Assembly (NCBI GenBank): GCA_002269645.1 | Contig: NIVC01002592.1 | Span: 19,557 to 83,556 of the forward strand | Source: Macrostomum lignano | Lineage: Eukaryota | Reading direction: 5' to 3' | DNA length: 64,000 nt | Shown here: positions 44,691 to 56,407 of the stretch, piece after piece | Position numbering within the stretch: the stretch's first letter is position 1 | Layout of the letters: each line of letters starts with the position of its first letter | The notes under the pieces: generated by a model | Told to the model about the DNA's origin: nothing | The model's database searches: none | What the model saw: only the letters and a program-made list of their open reading frames with translations | Program-made: the position numbers and the translations under genes

Positions 44691-45867
44691 TTCAAACTGC
44701 TTTCATTTAGGGACCATCAAATTATTTGATGGTCTCCATTTTGGAGCCCATCAAATTATTTGATGTGCCTGGAATTATAGCACTTTAAACCATAGACTAG
44801 GCTTTCCTGGCTCAGAATGAGCCCAATAAATGTCAATAAAATAAGTAATTGGATTTTATACCTCTATTCAGTCTAAATAATTCGTTACATTTAGCCATCC
44901 ATGCGAAGAAGAGAGTTTGGCTAGTGCCGTATATTAATTAAAGGGTAAGAATTATTAAATAATTAAATATTTGCTATAGCGCTTGTACTTGCTTTTTTAC
45001 TTTTGCATACAGTATGACTTCTCCCACTTTTTGTCGTTTCTCAAATGTGCGGATTTCAATAATAAATATTGAAAATTAAAGAATATTAGTGTCTACTCGC
45101 TTCATCAGTGCTCAGCTGTAAAATCAATTAGACCAACTAGATACTTGGCAATTGTCAAGTTTCGTTCGTTAAATTATTTTGACTCCAGAAAAGTAATCTA
45201 CGAACTGTTTAAGTACAAATAAATACTTTTAAAAGACTTAAGCCTGCATGATTAAGCACTAATTCTATGCTTCAAAACTTTTTATAATGTATCTGACACA
45301 GGAAAGCTGCAATAGTCTATGGCCAGAACCTTTGAAAAAATTTTCAACGGAACTTGACAATTGCCGAATATTTAAAGACCAGGAGACAAAGATTGCGAGA
45401 AAACGAGATTGGGTCGCTCTGTTGTTCAATTGCTCGAGTGGTTGAGATCGTCCCTGTGTTGGGAATAAAGCGAGCCGTTTTTCGACTGAGTCTCGGATCA
45501 ATATGGGCGTACAGCAAGCAGTGGTCTATTGCCCTCTGTCCCTCCTCCTCCGCCTTTTTCATAAAAATCCCCGTTTCTAAATCTCTATGGGTTGACAGCA
45601 GCGTTTCGTAGTTTACGATTTCCACTACCATTACGAAAACGAAGGCAGTTCCTGCTTGATTCTTGAAATTTTGATTTTAAAGGAAGCTTCGGCCGTGATC
45701 CTGAAAAGTCGATATTGATTTAAATTTACACAGGAAGACTACAAAACTGGTCACTACGAGTATTCGTACAGTAGGAAGAGTTAAAGAAGTAAGCGAGACA
45801 CAAATTCAAGTCCAAATATTCTGCCTTACCCTGTAGATCTAGACTCAGAATTTTTTATTTTCTTCCA

Positions 45868-46332
45868 ATGGCCAGCAACTTTCTATTCAGCGCCTGGAAG
45901 GTAATTCATGCCAAATTTGTGAAGCCGGTAGACAAAGCACTGGACAGCTTCTCTATGCTCATGCTGCAGTGGGTGCTGGGAACCTACAACATCTGGGATG
46001 TGCTGCAAATTATGTTCAATGTCTGTGTCTCAGCGGTAGTCTACGTGGCCTATGTGATCCGTAATCCATCGATTCTCTGGACCAAGGTGGCGCAGGCGGA
46101 GGATGTTGAACTTGACCCTGGGGCTTGCGACGAGGCCAACCCCGAAATTGAAAAGGACGACAACGATAAAGAAGGCGGTGATATCGAATCCATCGACCAG
46201 AAAACGGACCCGGAGGACTTTTCGGTGGAGGCTTCAGAGACGGCGCATCAGCACCGGCAGCGCGTCACGCTGGAGGAAGCAATGGCAGCGCCCGCCGTGC
46301 GGCACAGAGTTCAGTCAACTGATGCGGCTTAA
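45868..46332 (+). CDS. Orphan 154-aa protein: hydrophobic segment plus acidic C-terminus
   Basis: ATG after a pyrimidine tract; exon-like GC content in AT-rich flanks; TM-like VLQIMFNVCVSAVVYVAYVI; D/E-rich tail; AATAAA at ~46708. Confidence 0.55.
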   Translation: MASNFLFSAWKVIHAKFVKPVDKALDSFSMLMLQWVLGTYNIWDVLQIMFNVCVSAVVYVAYVIRNPSILWTKVAQAEDVELDPGACDEANPEIEKDDNDKEGGDIESIDQKTDPEDFSVEASETAHQHRQRVTLEEAMAAPAVRHRVQSTDAA

Positions 46333-47164
46333 ATAGGCTGGGAATTTTACTTGAGGTGTTAGTCACGACCTTATTTACTTAATTTAGCAGCTATTTTTAA
46401 TATTAACCACAGTTCATTATGTTCTAACATCCTAGGACACTTTTCGTCGTTGAGTTTTAGGTTATTGGTTGTTTTATGATGTTGAAGAAGGTGCCGTAAT
46501 TCAATGTAAGTTTTGTTTTCTTTGAAACTTTTCAATTGTTGCGTCATTTTTGGTTAAATAATTACCAATTTTCCAAAGAAAGGAAAGAATTACCAAACGA
46601 GCGTTAATATTTATGCTACATAAAGAAACCTTTGTACGTTATTTATGAGCGTGTTATAGGTAAAGTATTGCTAGCATATGGCATGAGTTACATTAATGAC
46701 ACTTTGAAATAAAAATGAATAAAATATCATGACTCAGACAGCTCGTAAATAATAACATTGCCATATTCATGCCATACGGAAGTACGTATGGTAGGATAAG
46801 TTTTCCATGGCTAATGGCCTGGTCAGATGTACGATATGAGCGTAAATGATTGAGTCTTTTCGTCGTTTGATGATCAACTTTGTCTAAAACATGTCAAAAT
46901 TAGGACGATTTCATGTCCCTGAAAAGTTTATAGCAAAGATTATACGATTTTTTAATAAGTTAGTTAGCTTTGAAGACAGTAGTGTATGCTCAGTCAATAC
47001 GAGCGTAGAAACTGGCATAGTCTGTGCTGGAATCGGCACTCAATATTTGAATGCAAGATGAGCAGTAGCGATGCAAGATGAGTAACTCGATCATGGCAGG
47101 GATGAGTGATCAGCTGGACCAACGCTCTTAGCTGTATCAACGCTTGGCGTCAAATTCTACCTGG

Positions 47165-47640
47165 AGCGAAGCACCTTCTAGGGTTGTTGCGATTACTGTC
47201 TCCTGTACGTGGATTAGCGTAAAACCTTGAGCGAAGCACCTGCAAGGACTGTTGCAACAACTGTATTGTGTGGATCAGCTTGAAACCTTGAGCGAAGCAC
47301 CTGCAAGGACTGTTGCAACAACTGTATTGTGTGGATCAGCTTGAAACCTTGAGCGAAGCACCTGCAAGGACTGTTGCAACAACTGTATTGTGTGGATCAG
47401 CTTGAAACCTTAAGCGAAGCTCCTGCAGGAGCCTGTTACGATAATTACTACTGTCTTTATTGATATTTACTGGATTTATGGTAATAATGTAGATACATAG
47501 CTGTATAGTTGCATGTGTGTACAGCAATACGATTGCGTGAATCAGCGTCAACCTTTGAGCGAAGCACTTATAGTGTAGGAATGTTGCAACTACTGTCTCG
47601 TGTGGATCAGCGTCAATTTCAATTTGAAGCGAAGAGACTT
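47165..47640. repeat. 61-bp tandem repeat: 3 identical copies (47229-47411) plus degenerate flanking copies
   Basis: Unit GAGCGAAGCACCTGCAAGGACTGTTGCAACAACTGTATTGTGTGGATCAGCTTGAAACCTT. Confidence 0.92.
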
Positions 47641-48066
47641 ATTGAAGAGACATCAACAACTTTAATAGCATCGGCCACCACTAAGCGAATAAAAACTTTG
47701 GCAAACAGCGAAGCTAATATTGTGCCGTTAGTTTTCGAGTAGAGTTCGAGAAGGATTCGAATGTAGACTCAGTAACTGCAGCTTGCACGTGCCCGCTGTT
47801 TTAAAACTTTGAACTTTGAAATCGATTTGAGACATAGACAAAGCTCTAATCAGCCAAGTCAAGGAGTTCTATTATTAGCAATCTGGAGTGGAAACGAGTT
47901 TTACCTCATGAGGCCACGCCAATTGTAAAGATAAGGAGCCAGCACTGAATGTCCATGGCTCTGTCTGACTCTGTCTATGCTAGTCTGGGAAACTGAAGAA
48001 CTAGTTTCCACTCCAGGTTGCTAACTATAGAACTCCTTGGCCAAGTGGAACAATCTTGGGCGAAAC

Positions 48067-49642
48067 CAGGGACTTCTGCGAAACTAAATTTACCATAGAA
48101 AGAAGGAACTGGAAACTCGGCTTTAATGAGTAAGAAATTTTGAGGCTGGCTGATTTCAATAATATGTGTGTATTTGTTAGCTGAAAAAGCTTAGTTAGCG
48201 AGAGCATCTTACGGCCATGGTGAGAAAAGTGCGCGGTTTTCGGGTGCTCAATACACTAAGATTCCAAACCAGAAAGCAACGCCGTGCGAATTTATCGCTT
48301 TCCAACGGACGAAGCGGAGCGTCAGCGCTGGTTGGCCGCATTTAGGGGTGTTCGGGGTTTGGGGTTAGGTCGGGGTTCGGGGTCGGGATTAGGGGTCGGG
48401 GTTCGGGGTCCCGATGAATGTTCGGGATGGGGTTCGGGGTTCCCGATAAATGTTCGGGATCGGGGTTCGGGACGAGATTTTGGACCGGGTTTTCGGGTTT
48501 CGCAAATTTTCTGAATTCCCATAGAACTACGAAAAAATCCTTATGAATTAGAATTAGCGGCCCGCATTGCATTGCCCAACATCGTTAATGGCAAAGTCGA
48601 GAATCTGGGGAGCCAAAATGGTCAAAAAGAAGGGGCGAAAACGTCCGGCTGATTCACCTACCGAGTTGGCTCATTTGCCCCCAACAATGCTTCGGCAGGT
48701 AAAGCCTCCCTCAATAAGAAAAAATGCACATAGGCTTGTTTCAGCTGAATCGCGCGCAACTGCTGATGATAATCGAGAGCTTGAACTGTTCAAGAAGACG
48801 GACCCATTCCTGATAAGTTTCCAGCTTTCTGTCAAGAGGCGATTAAGAAGTTCAGTGGCAGCAAGGATTTATTCAGTAAAATAACTGAGTCAAGGTCGAG
48901 TTCAGTGTCAAGATCCGATCCGACTTTTACGCATCTGCCTCACTGTGGACGCATCTGATCTGCTTGGATTCGGCCGTCAGCTTCAGAGCTGGTCTGCTCT
49001 CGACAAAATCATTGCTCGCGCTGAAAACTTTCTCGTAGCACCACTAGTAAAACTGCTGAAGACGTCTGTAACAGATTTTTCTAACAAAGTAAGTTGCCTT
49101 GCTGATGATGTAGAAGATTCTGATCTTAGGACAACGCTGCTTTTCTTGGCTTAACAGCTGCTGCTGCGGCTGTCTGACCTTGCTGCATGGACGTTGTTAC
49201 TCTGCACTCACTATGTTATGCTATGTCTGACCTTCATGCTTAAAAGCAAAGCTTGCTACGCAACTCTGCGAGAAATTCTTTGCCTGCCACATCCAGACTC
49301 TTCAGAAACAGTTGGGTTGTTTTACGACCGTTGCATCTCAGAGTGAAGCAGAGCATACTGCTTCTCATGGATTTGCATCACTGCCTCCAATTAGTAGGAA
49401 TTGTGCACTGATGTTTGATGAAATGCACATTAAGCCATCTATACTTTTGTTTCCTCGTTCGTTAATGCGTCCGTCGTTAGATTTATTGGCGTATCCTTGG
49501 ATTTTTTACTTCCTTTTTAAGCTGATAAAATACAGGTGTTCTTCTTACCTTAAATCAGCCAGCCCCCACTTTTCTTACTCACTGAAGCCTAGTTTCCAGT
49601 CCCTTCTTTCTATGGAAAATTTATATCGCAAAAGTCCCTAAT
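48067..49642 (+). mobile_element. Decayed, internally deleted P element (THAP + start of transposase)
   Basis: ~130-bp imperfect TIRs starting CAGGGAC; flanking direct repeat GCGAAAC. THAP from ATG 48217 (one frameshift): MVRKCAVFGCS...RIYRFPTDEAERQRWLAA. Later SKACYATLREILCLPHP and CALMFDEMHIKP (first catalytic Asp). Confidence 0.85.
48343..48560. mobile_element. G-rich hAT-like fragment inserted in the THAP domain
   Basis: Starts TAGGGGTGTTCGG with GGGGTTC(G) repeats; near-TSD GCCGCATT / CCCGCATT (7/8). Removing it restores WLAA-LHCPTSLMAKSRIW. Confidence 0.6.
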
Positions 49643-50969
49643 TGCGAAACCGACATTCTACGAGTAGTTGGTATTCATGTGGTATGGAAAAATTTTGCTG
49701 CTGCGCTTTGAGTGAAAACTGACATCTGGCAACTGGCACCTGGCAACTGGCATGGCATCTACGAGCAACACGTTTTGGTTTAGCCTTTGGTATATGTATT
49801 AGCTTTGATTCTTTTGAAGGCTAAATGAATCGCTGAAGGAATTTGATCAGCGATAAACTCCCAGTTTGAATAGTCAAGCAGCTGTTTTACACATGGCAGT
49901 CCCAACGGTCCTACAGTTCTCCTTTTTCCCGATAGATGCGAGGCCTTCCAAGCTATTCGTTGGAGCTCCCGATCCAAACTGAAAGGCGCGTGACGAACTT
50001 TTATATTTGAATAAAAAGTAAGCTGCGAAGTACAAAGCGCATGAAGTTATCTTTTAAAAGCTCCCATTTTGGTAAAAATACAATACAATAGACAGGATCA
50101 CATGCTGCGTTGAGACTTGTTAAAAATTGTACAAAACCAGGGTATTCAATTGAAACAAGCCAATTAGATACATTCTAGCCGTACAAGATTCGAGGTAGCA
50201 GTGAGCAGCAGATGTTAAAAAGGCGATACGCAAAGAAAATGTTTTACTTTAGCCGCAGAGCACACTGTCCGCTCTAGGGCTAGACAGACAGAGCTGAATG
50301 CCCACAGAATTTACTTTTGTTTAACTCAAAGCTGCTTTACTCTCTATATATCTTTCTTACATTGCCACAATGCAAATGTAGGCTTGTGCAAAACTCCTTC
50401 GGAGCGATAAAGTTAAAGTAGAACTGGTTCTGGTGAGTCACCTTGTAAACCAACTGGCAATGGTTGCTCTTGTTCCTTGAGTTTATCGACCGGAATACAC
50501 ATGTAGCTCCCTTTTGGTTTTGCGCTATGCAAATTTTCCCATTTTGTATTTAGCCTTTCTGACTTATGTTTTTCAACACTTATTGACGACTTACGTGTGG
50601 GTATTTGGGGTTGTTCTTCCGTCCTGCATATAATTATGAGGTGTTTTCGCCTTGTAGTTAATGAACCTCCGATTTTTTACTGTGTTGACGACGTGTTCAC
50701 TTCATAGTTTTGCATAAAAATAAATATTGGAGCGCATGGGACACTGCCAGACACGGCTAGCGCAATCTTAACTCTGCTTTTATTTTCGCTATTTGAGAAA
50801 ACTATATAAAGCAGCCCATTGAATATTCTGGGGCGTTGTTTTGTTCATCCTACTAAAGTTACAAAATTGTTGCAAGCACGTTTTCATAACATAAAAGCTG
50901 TAGAATTTCTAACATTTTCTACCAGGTGAGACAGCCGAAAGCTCAGCCTTTTACGGCCCTGTCAGCCGG

Positions 50970-53900
50970 ATGGACAGCATCTTGGAAGAGCAAACAGAGC
51001 CCGACATGCAACAACCCAAACAGCAGGTCGCACCGCCTGAAGCCCAGGATGGGACGCAAAGAGTGCTGCGGAAATCTAGCTGGGCCGCAGGCAAGCAAAG
51101 AATCCGGGTTAGCCGACCAATATTCACGCAGTACAACTTCGATGCCCGCTACCAGTTTACGGAGCCCCAATCTGGCAATGGCATCCCGGGCGGGCAAGAG
51201 ACCGGCCTCAGCTGGGGCGGTGAAAACAGCGGTGACAGTGGTCTTGGCGCTCGACTGCGCCGCCAACTACACAACCTCCGATGCAGCGGCGATTGTGCGC
51301 TCTCCAATGCTTTCCGCCTGCTGCCCTGTCTGGCCATTATGCGGGCTTATCGACCGCGCAGCGATCTGCTGCCAGACCTTGCAGCCGGACTGACGGTCGG
51401 CATCATGAACATCCCGCAGGGCATGGCCTATGCGCTGCTTGCTGGCCTTCCACCCGTGTGCGGCCTCTATCTGGGCTTCGTGCCTCTTTTAGTTTATTTT
51501 CTGTTTGGAACTTCCCGTCAGGTGCGTCGTTAGATACAAGTTCACTACCTAAACTGATTTGATTTGATTAAAACTTTTTGCTGGAGTAAACCTTGACTGC
51601 ACTGACACCCTCACAGGTTAGCATGGGTACTTTTGCCATCGCCAGTCTCATGCTTGCTGAGTCGGTCTCCCGTTTAGCTGGTGGCGCTGGCCGCCCACCA
51701 GTTCCGGAGCTGCTGGACATCCTCGGCCCGCCACCAGCAATGTACGGCCCTGGTGATGCAAACGAGACAACCAGCGCAATGGGCAACCCGCTGGTTGGCG
51801 AGGCGAAGGCCTGGTACCGCATGCAGGTGGCTTTGAGTGTTAGCTTACTGGCCGGTGTACTGCAAATTCTGCTGGGTCTAATGCGCTTCGGTTTCATTAC
51901 ACTTTATCTAAGCACGCCTCTGGTATCCGGATTCACCACGGGCGCAGCTCTGCATGTCCTCAGCTCACAGGTAAGCATTGTGACATAAGTTATGAAAACT
52001 CATCTAAGTACTCGTAGATTTTTTGCCTACTTACCAGCAAGTCAACATTACGAATGGAATACAACAAGCTTTCTTAACTCTAAAATAATTTAGATCATGA
52101 TGTGTCGAAGTTCCAGTAATTTTAGACTTCACCCGCAAGATATTTAGTTTGCAACAAGTAGTGCATCCTGACGCGTACATTTGATCTGATAGCCTACGAC
52201 AAAGAATCTTAAAATGAGAAGTTTTATCACCAGGTGCCAGCCATCTTTGGTATCAAGGTACCTCGTCGCGAGAGCCATTTCGAGTTGGCCGTATTTTATG
52301 TCGATGTAGCCCGCCGCTTGGGCGAGACAAACCCTGTCAGCGTGCTGGTGTCGGCACTGTCTCTGGGCCTGCTTCTGTTGTTCCGATTGTTCCTCAGTGA
52401 TCGTCTGCGCCGCTGCTGTCGCTTCCCGGTCCCAGTGGAGCTTCTGCTGGTGGTTGGAGCCACCGCGATTTCGCACCTGGCTAGTCTGGATGCCAACTAT
52501 GGTCTGCGCACGGTAGGCGTCATACCTAGCGGCATTTCTGCGCCGCGTCTGCCAAGCGTTCGTCTCTGGCCAGCACTTTTCCAGGACGCAGCGCTCCTGG
52601 CCGTGGTCATGTATGTGTGCACCTACTCTGTGTGCAAGATCTACGCCGAAAAGAATAATTACCAATTGGATGCCAACCAGGAGCTTTTTGCGTACGGCCT
52701 GGTAAACATCCTGGGGCCAGTGTTCGGCTGCTACTTTTCGGCTGGGTCGCTCAGCCGTTCGCAGGTAATATAACGAAAAAATTTTGTGACTTTTTTCTAT
52801 CGGAGCTGTTTCAAAACTACCGGTAGTAAATCAAGTAAATATGTATGGCATGAGACTATTCGTTCATAAGTACCATTTGACTAATTTCTACTGCAGGTTC
52901 AAGCTGAACTGGGTGGCAGAACACAGCTGGCCAGCTTGGTGTCAGCCACGCTGATGCTATTTGTTCTACTGTTTCTGGGACCAATGTTCAGCCAGCTGCC
53001 CAATGCTGTTCTTGCCTGCATAATTGTAGTTGCGCTTAAAGGCCTTCTAATGCAGTTTACTGATGCGAAGCGCTTGTACCGCATCTCAAAGTTTGATTTC
53101 AGTATTTGGATGGTCTGCTTTGTAGGCGTTGTGGCGCTAAATGTCACTTATGGCCTGATGATCGGCTTTGCCTACAGCCTGTTGACTGTAGTTTGCCGCA
53201 CTCAGTCACCTCGGGTGTCGATTTTGGGTCGTCTACCGTTGACTGACATCTACCAAGACTACCGCTACTATCAGTGCGCAGTTCAGGTTGTTTGCTAACT
53301 TAGAAAACTTTTTATTGAGTTGGTACGGGTCACCTTGGTATGGTATAGACTTGACTCAAACGATCTGGCAGTTAATCACTCAGCCCTGAGCTAGAATTAG
53401 CAACTTTATGGAGGAGGAAGGGAGAAAAAGATTTCGAAATTCGTGCTAGACGCTGAATAAAAAAGTCCAGTAACACACCCTGCACCACCAGGTCCCAGGC
53501 GTGGTAGTGTTCCGTTTCGACGGCGCTCTGTACTTTGCCAGTGTGGAGAATTTCCGCCGCAAGCTGGCCAAGCTGACAGGCTTTGATCCCAAGCTGTCCC
53601 GCGGCGAGGATGAGAGCCTGCACCACATCGTGCTAGATTGCTCAGGAGTCAACTATGTGGACAGTGTTGGCGCGCGGTTTTTGCAATCCCTGGCCGCAGA
53701 ATACAAATTGGCGGGAGTTTGCATCTTGTTCGCCTGCTGCCCGCACCAGGTTTTTGCAATCCCTGGCCGCAGAATACAAATTGGCGGGAGTTTGCATCTT
53801 GTTCGCCTGCTGCCCGCACCAGGTTTTTGCAATCCCTGGCCGCAGAATACAAATTGGCGGGAGTTTGCATCTTGTTCGCCTGCTGCCCGCACCAGGTTTT

Positions 53901-54435
53901 TGCAATCCCTGGCCGCAGAATACAAATTGGCGGGAGTTTGCATCTTGTTCGCCTGCTGCCCGCACCAGGTTTTTGCAATCCCTGGCCGCAGAATACAAAT
54001 TGGCGGGAGTTTGCATCTTGTTCGCCTGCTGCCCGCACCAGGTTTTTGCAATCCCTGGCCGCAGAATACAAATTGGCGGGAGTTTGCATCTTGTTCGCCT
54101 GCTGCCCGCACCAGTTCCGCCGGATGCTGGAGCGCAGCGACTTCCCCGACCGTTCTGCCTGCGTCTACATCTCCGTCCACGATGCTGTAGTGGGCGCGCT
54201 GGCCGACTACCCGGAGGTGCGCCGATGGGTCATCTCCGACGTGCGCAGCCGGAATAACAGCGTCGTGGAGCCTGGAGCCTCAGCAGTTGTGACTGGCATT
54301 CATAGCGCAGCGGATTCCAGTGCTGACGCTTTACGGAGGGAAACAGTGACAGGAGTCCAGCGTTTTGTCCCGGCCGGTGACGAGGAAGCGATGTCTTTGA
54401 TAAGGAACAATGGAACCAGTGAAATTTCCTGCTGA
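50970..54435 (+). CDS. SLC26/SulP anion transporter with STAS domain; exons 50970-51521, 51617-51970, 52234-52764, 52897-53286, 53492-53749, 54115-54435 (801 aa if the repeat is spliced out)
   Basis: DLAAGLTVGIMNIPQGMAYALLAGLPPVCGLY, FGTSRQ|VSMGTFA, LVSGFTTGAA, DANQELFAYG, GSLSRSQ|VQAELGGRTQLA, VPGVVVFRFDGALYFAS, HHIVLDCSGVNYVDSVG. The first four introns are GT-AG, phase 0. The last junction is inferred. Paralog identity not assignable. Confidence 0.93.
53677..54114 (+). repeat. Six identical 73-bp tandem copies inside the STAS exon
   Basis: Units start at 53677, 53750, 53823, 53896, 53969 and 54042; each begins GT and ends CAG. Confidence 0.97.
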
Positions 54436-56006
54436 AAGAAAACTTTGCGGCCGATATCACTGGCAGTTGATATAATAGTTTTAAGTAACTCTTCCCAATG
54501 GCCTTCTAAGTCCCTATGTTATTCTACTCTAATTTATCTCTGCTATAATTGGTATAATTATTGGTATAATTGGTATCACTGATTATTTTGCACGCACTTT
54601 GTGTTTTACAGTCACTGAACCAGTGCATCAGTCTACGAGACACTATGCAATTTCAAAGCATGTAAGAGCTCATGAGATAATTTACGCTGATAGTTATCTC
54701 TGAATTAATCGGAACACAGTTCGAACTTGTTCTGAGATGAATCTCAGTTAATTCCATCCTAAACTACCGGTAATAATAATCGATAAAGATAAGAGCTTTT
54801 AATATGTGACATTCTTATAGTGTACTACAAGCATTACTGGCTAAGTGCAACATCATTTCACTCTCTCAGTCTTTGTGGCACTTCTGTATGAAAGCAGTAA
54901 TATTCATTGTGCTCATTGTGTCACTCTATGCGCTCATAATTCAACGCTTCGAAACAATTTTTGAACTAATACAACATTCATGAGACAATGTTTCTGTGAG
55001 TATGGTTTGCTTCTAGACAATAAATAATTTTAACAACTCGTGAAAAAATCATTGTCTAACTCTAGAATCATAAATAGACACAATCAACCATTATATTCGA
55101 TATATTCATTGGTATGCGAGCATACTACGTCATACTAACTACACAGCATCATATTAGTCATAGTAGCTCATGACTAACTAACTGTGACTAGTTCACTCTG
55201 AATTTATCAAATCAAATTCATAACCGCAGTCACAATACTGCAGTCAATTTTCAAGAGGCCGTAAGGCGCTGCACAAGATAGGAGTGTCCAAAGTTCAGGC
55301 AAATTAGAAACACTGAGCCGCATGAAGTGTCCTTTTATTTCAGTAGCTACTGCAGTCAGGTCTTTCACATTTCTTCTCTCCCCTCCGTGCCCTGCCCAGT
55401 CAGTGTAACTCTAGCAAAAGTCAGCGAGGAGAAGGATTGTGCTGCCGTGAGTGTACAATGAAGACCTGCGCACTCGTACAGTATGCACTCGAGTCAACTT
55501 TGCTCCGTTCCCCTGTCGTCTGTTTGCCAAAGCTTTAAAAAGACCAGAGCACTCCGATACAAGAAACCGCTGCGCCTTTTGAAATCAACCTTATTTGTTT
55601 TATTCGCAAGCTCGGCTTAACAGCAGGTCAGTTGGAGCTAGTTTTTTCATTTAATCAAACAAAATTTTATAAACAACTTACTTGCCTCTCATAAAAATGG
55701 AATTTTTACTTTTGAAATCCTAGACTGATGTTAATCATAAAGAACCAAAATTTACGCAGCAGAAAATGGAGTTGTATCCATCTAACTTGAGAAAGTTTCT
55801 GAAATGTGGTTATTAGTTCTCCAAAAACCTTACTTCTGCCATCATCACTACGCTCCGTTTTCTATCTTTAATCAATCGTGATTGCAATGCAGCTCAATAG
55901 TCGGGTTTTTAATGCTTAAATGTATATTGCCACCGAGTGCGCTCAAAATCGACTATAGACTGTAGAGGTAAAACTTTCCCGTCACATGCTCTCTCATGTT
56001 CTAATA

Positions 56007-56182
56007 TACCTTTTTGCGATCTAGTTTGCCAAAACTGCAATCAAATTTGCCCGCGGAAAAATATCACTTATAATTTTGCTTTCTAGGCCAAGTCTGCTCA
56101 TAGGAGACAGCAAAATTATAAGTGATATTTTTCCGCGGGCAAAATTGATTGCAGTTTTAGCAAACTAGATCGCAAAAAGGTA
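56007..56182. mobile_element. 176-bp MITE of the same family as the Tc1-like element at 28510
   Basis: TA|TACCTTTTTGCGATCTAGTTTGCCAAAACTGCAATCAA...GGTA|TA; near-perfect ~75-bp TIRs matching the 28510 terminus. Confidence 0.88.
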
Positions 56183-56407
56183 TAACTTTGTAACTTTGGC
56201 GGCTCATTTGGGCTTACTCGCATCATTGAATTAATCCAAGATGTTTGCCGAAGTAATGGAGCTTTTGTCTATGGTACATGTAGCACAGAAGCATTTAATT
56301 TGGTCCAAAAACATCAATTTGGTCCTTATATTCTATAGGTTCTTTTTGTATGCAGCAAAACATAGAATTTTTTGTGTCTCGCCAACAGCTTTGGTGACTG
56401 CATCGTG

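Noticed and set aside
38698-45322. CATAGAC ends as P-element termini
   Set aside because: I tested the 43893/44683 pair: the flanks (ATTGGAAC vs GTTCAAAC) are inverted-like, not a 7-8-bp direct TSD. The P fragment at 42229-42888 lies outside any inward-facing pair.
45265-45631. Further Crypton N-terminal remnant (minus strand)
   Set aside because: Only a faint resemblance (EQLNNRATQ...AIFVSW) across frameshifts; not supportable.
47165-47640. CRISPR-like array, or Helitron STPR-type coding repeat
   Set aside because: Units are head-to-tail with no unique spacers and no cas genes, in a eukaryotic context. The 61-bp period is not a multiple of 3 and peptide similarity is too weak.
49780-49977. 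Minus-strand terminal exon after a CTTTCAG acceptor
   Set aside because: No upstream exon or homology identified; could be chance.
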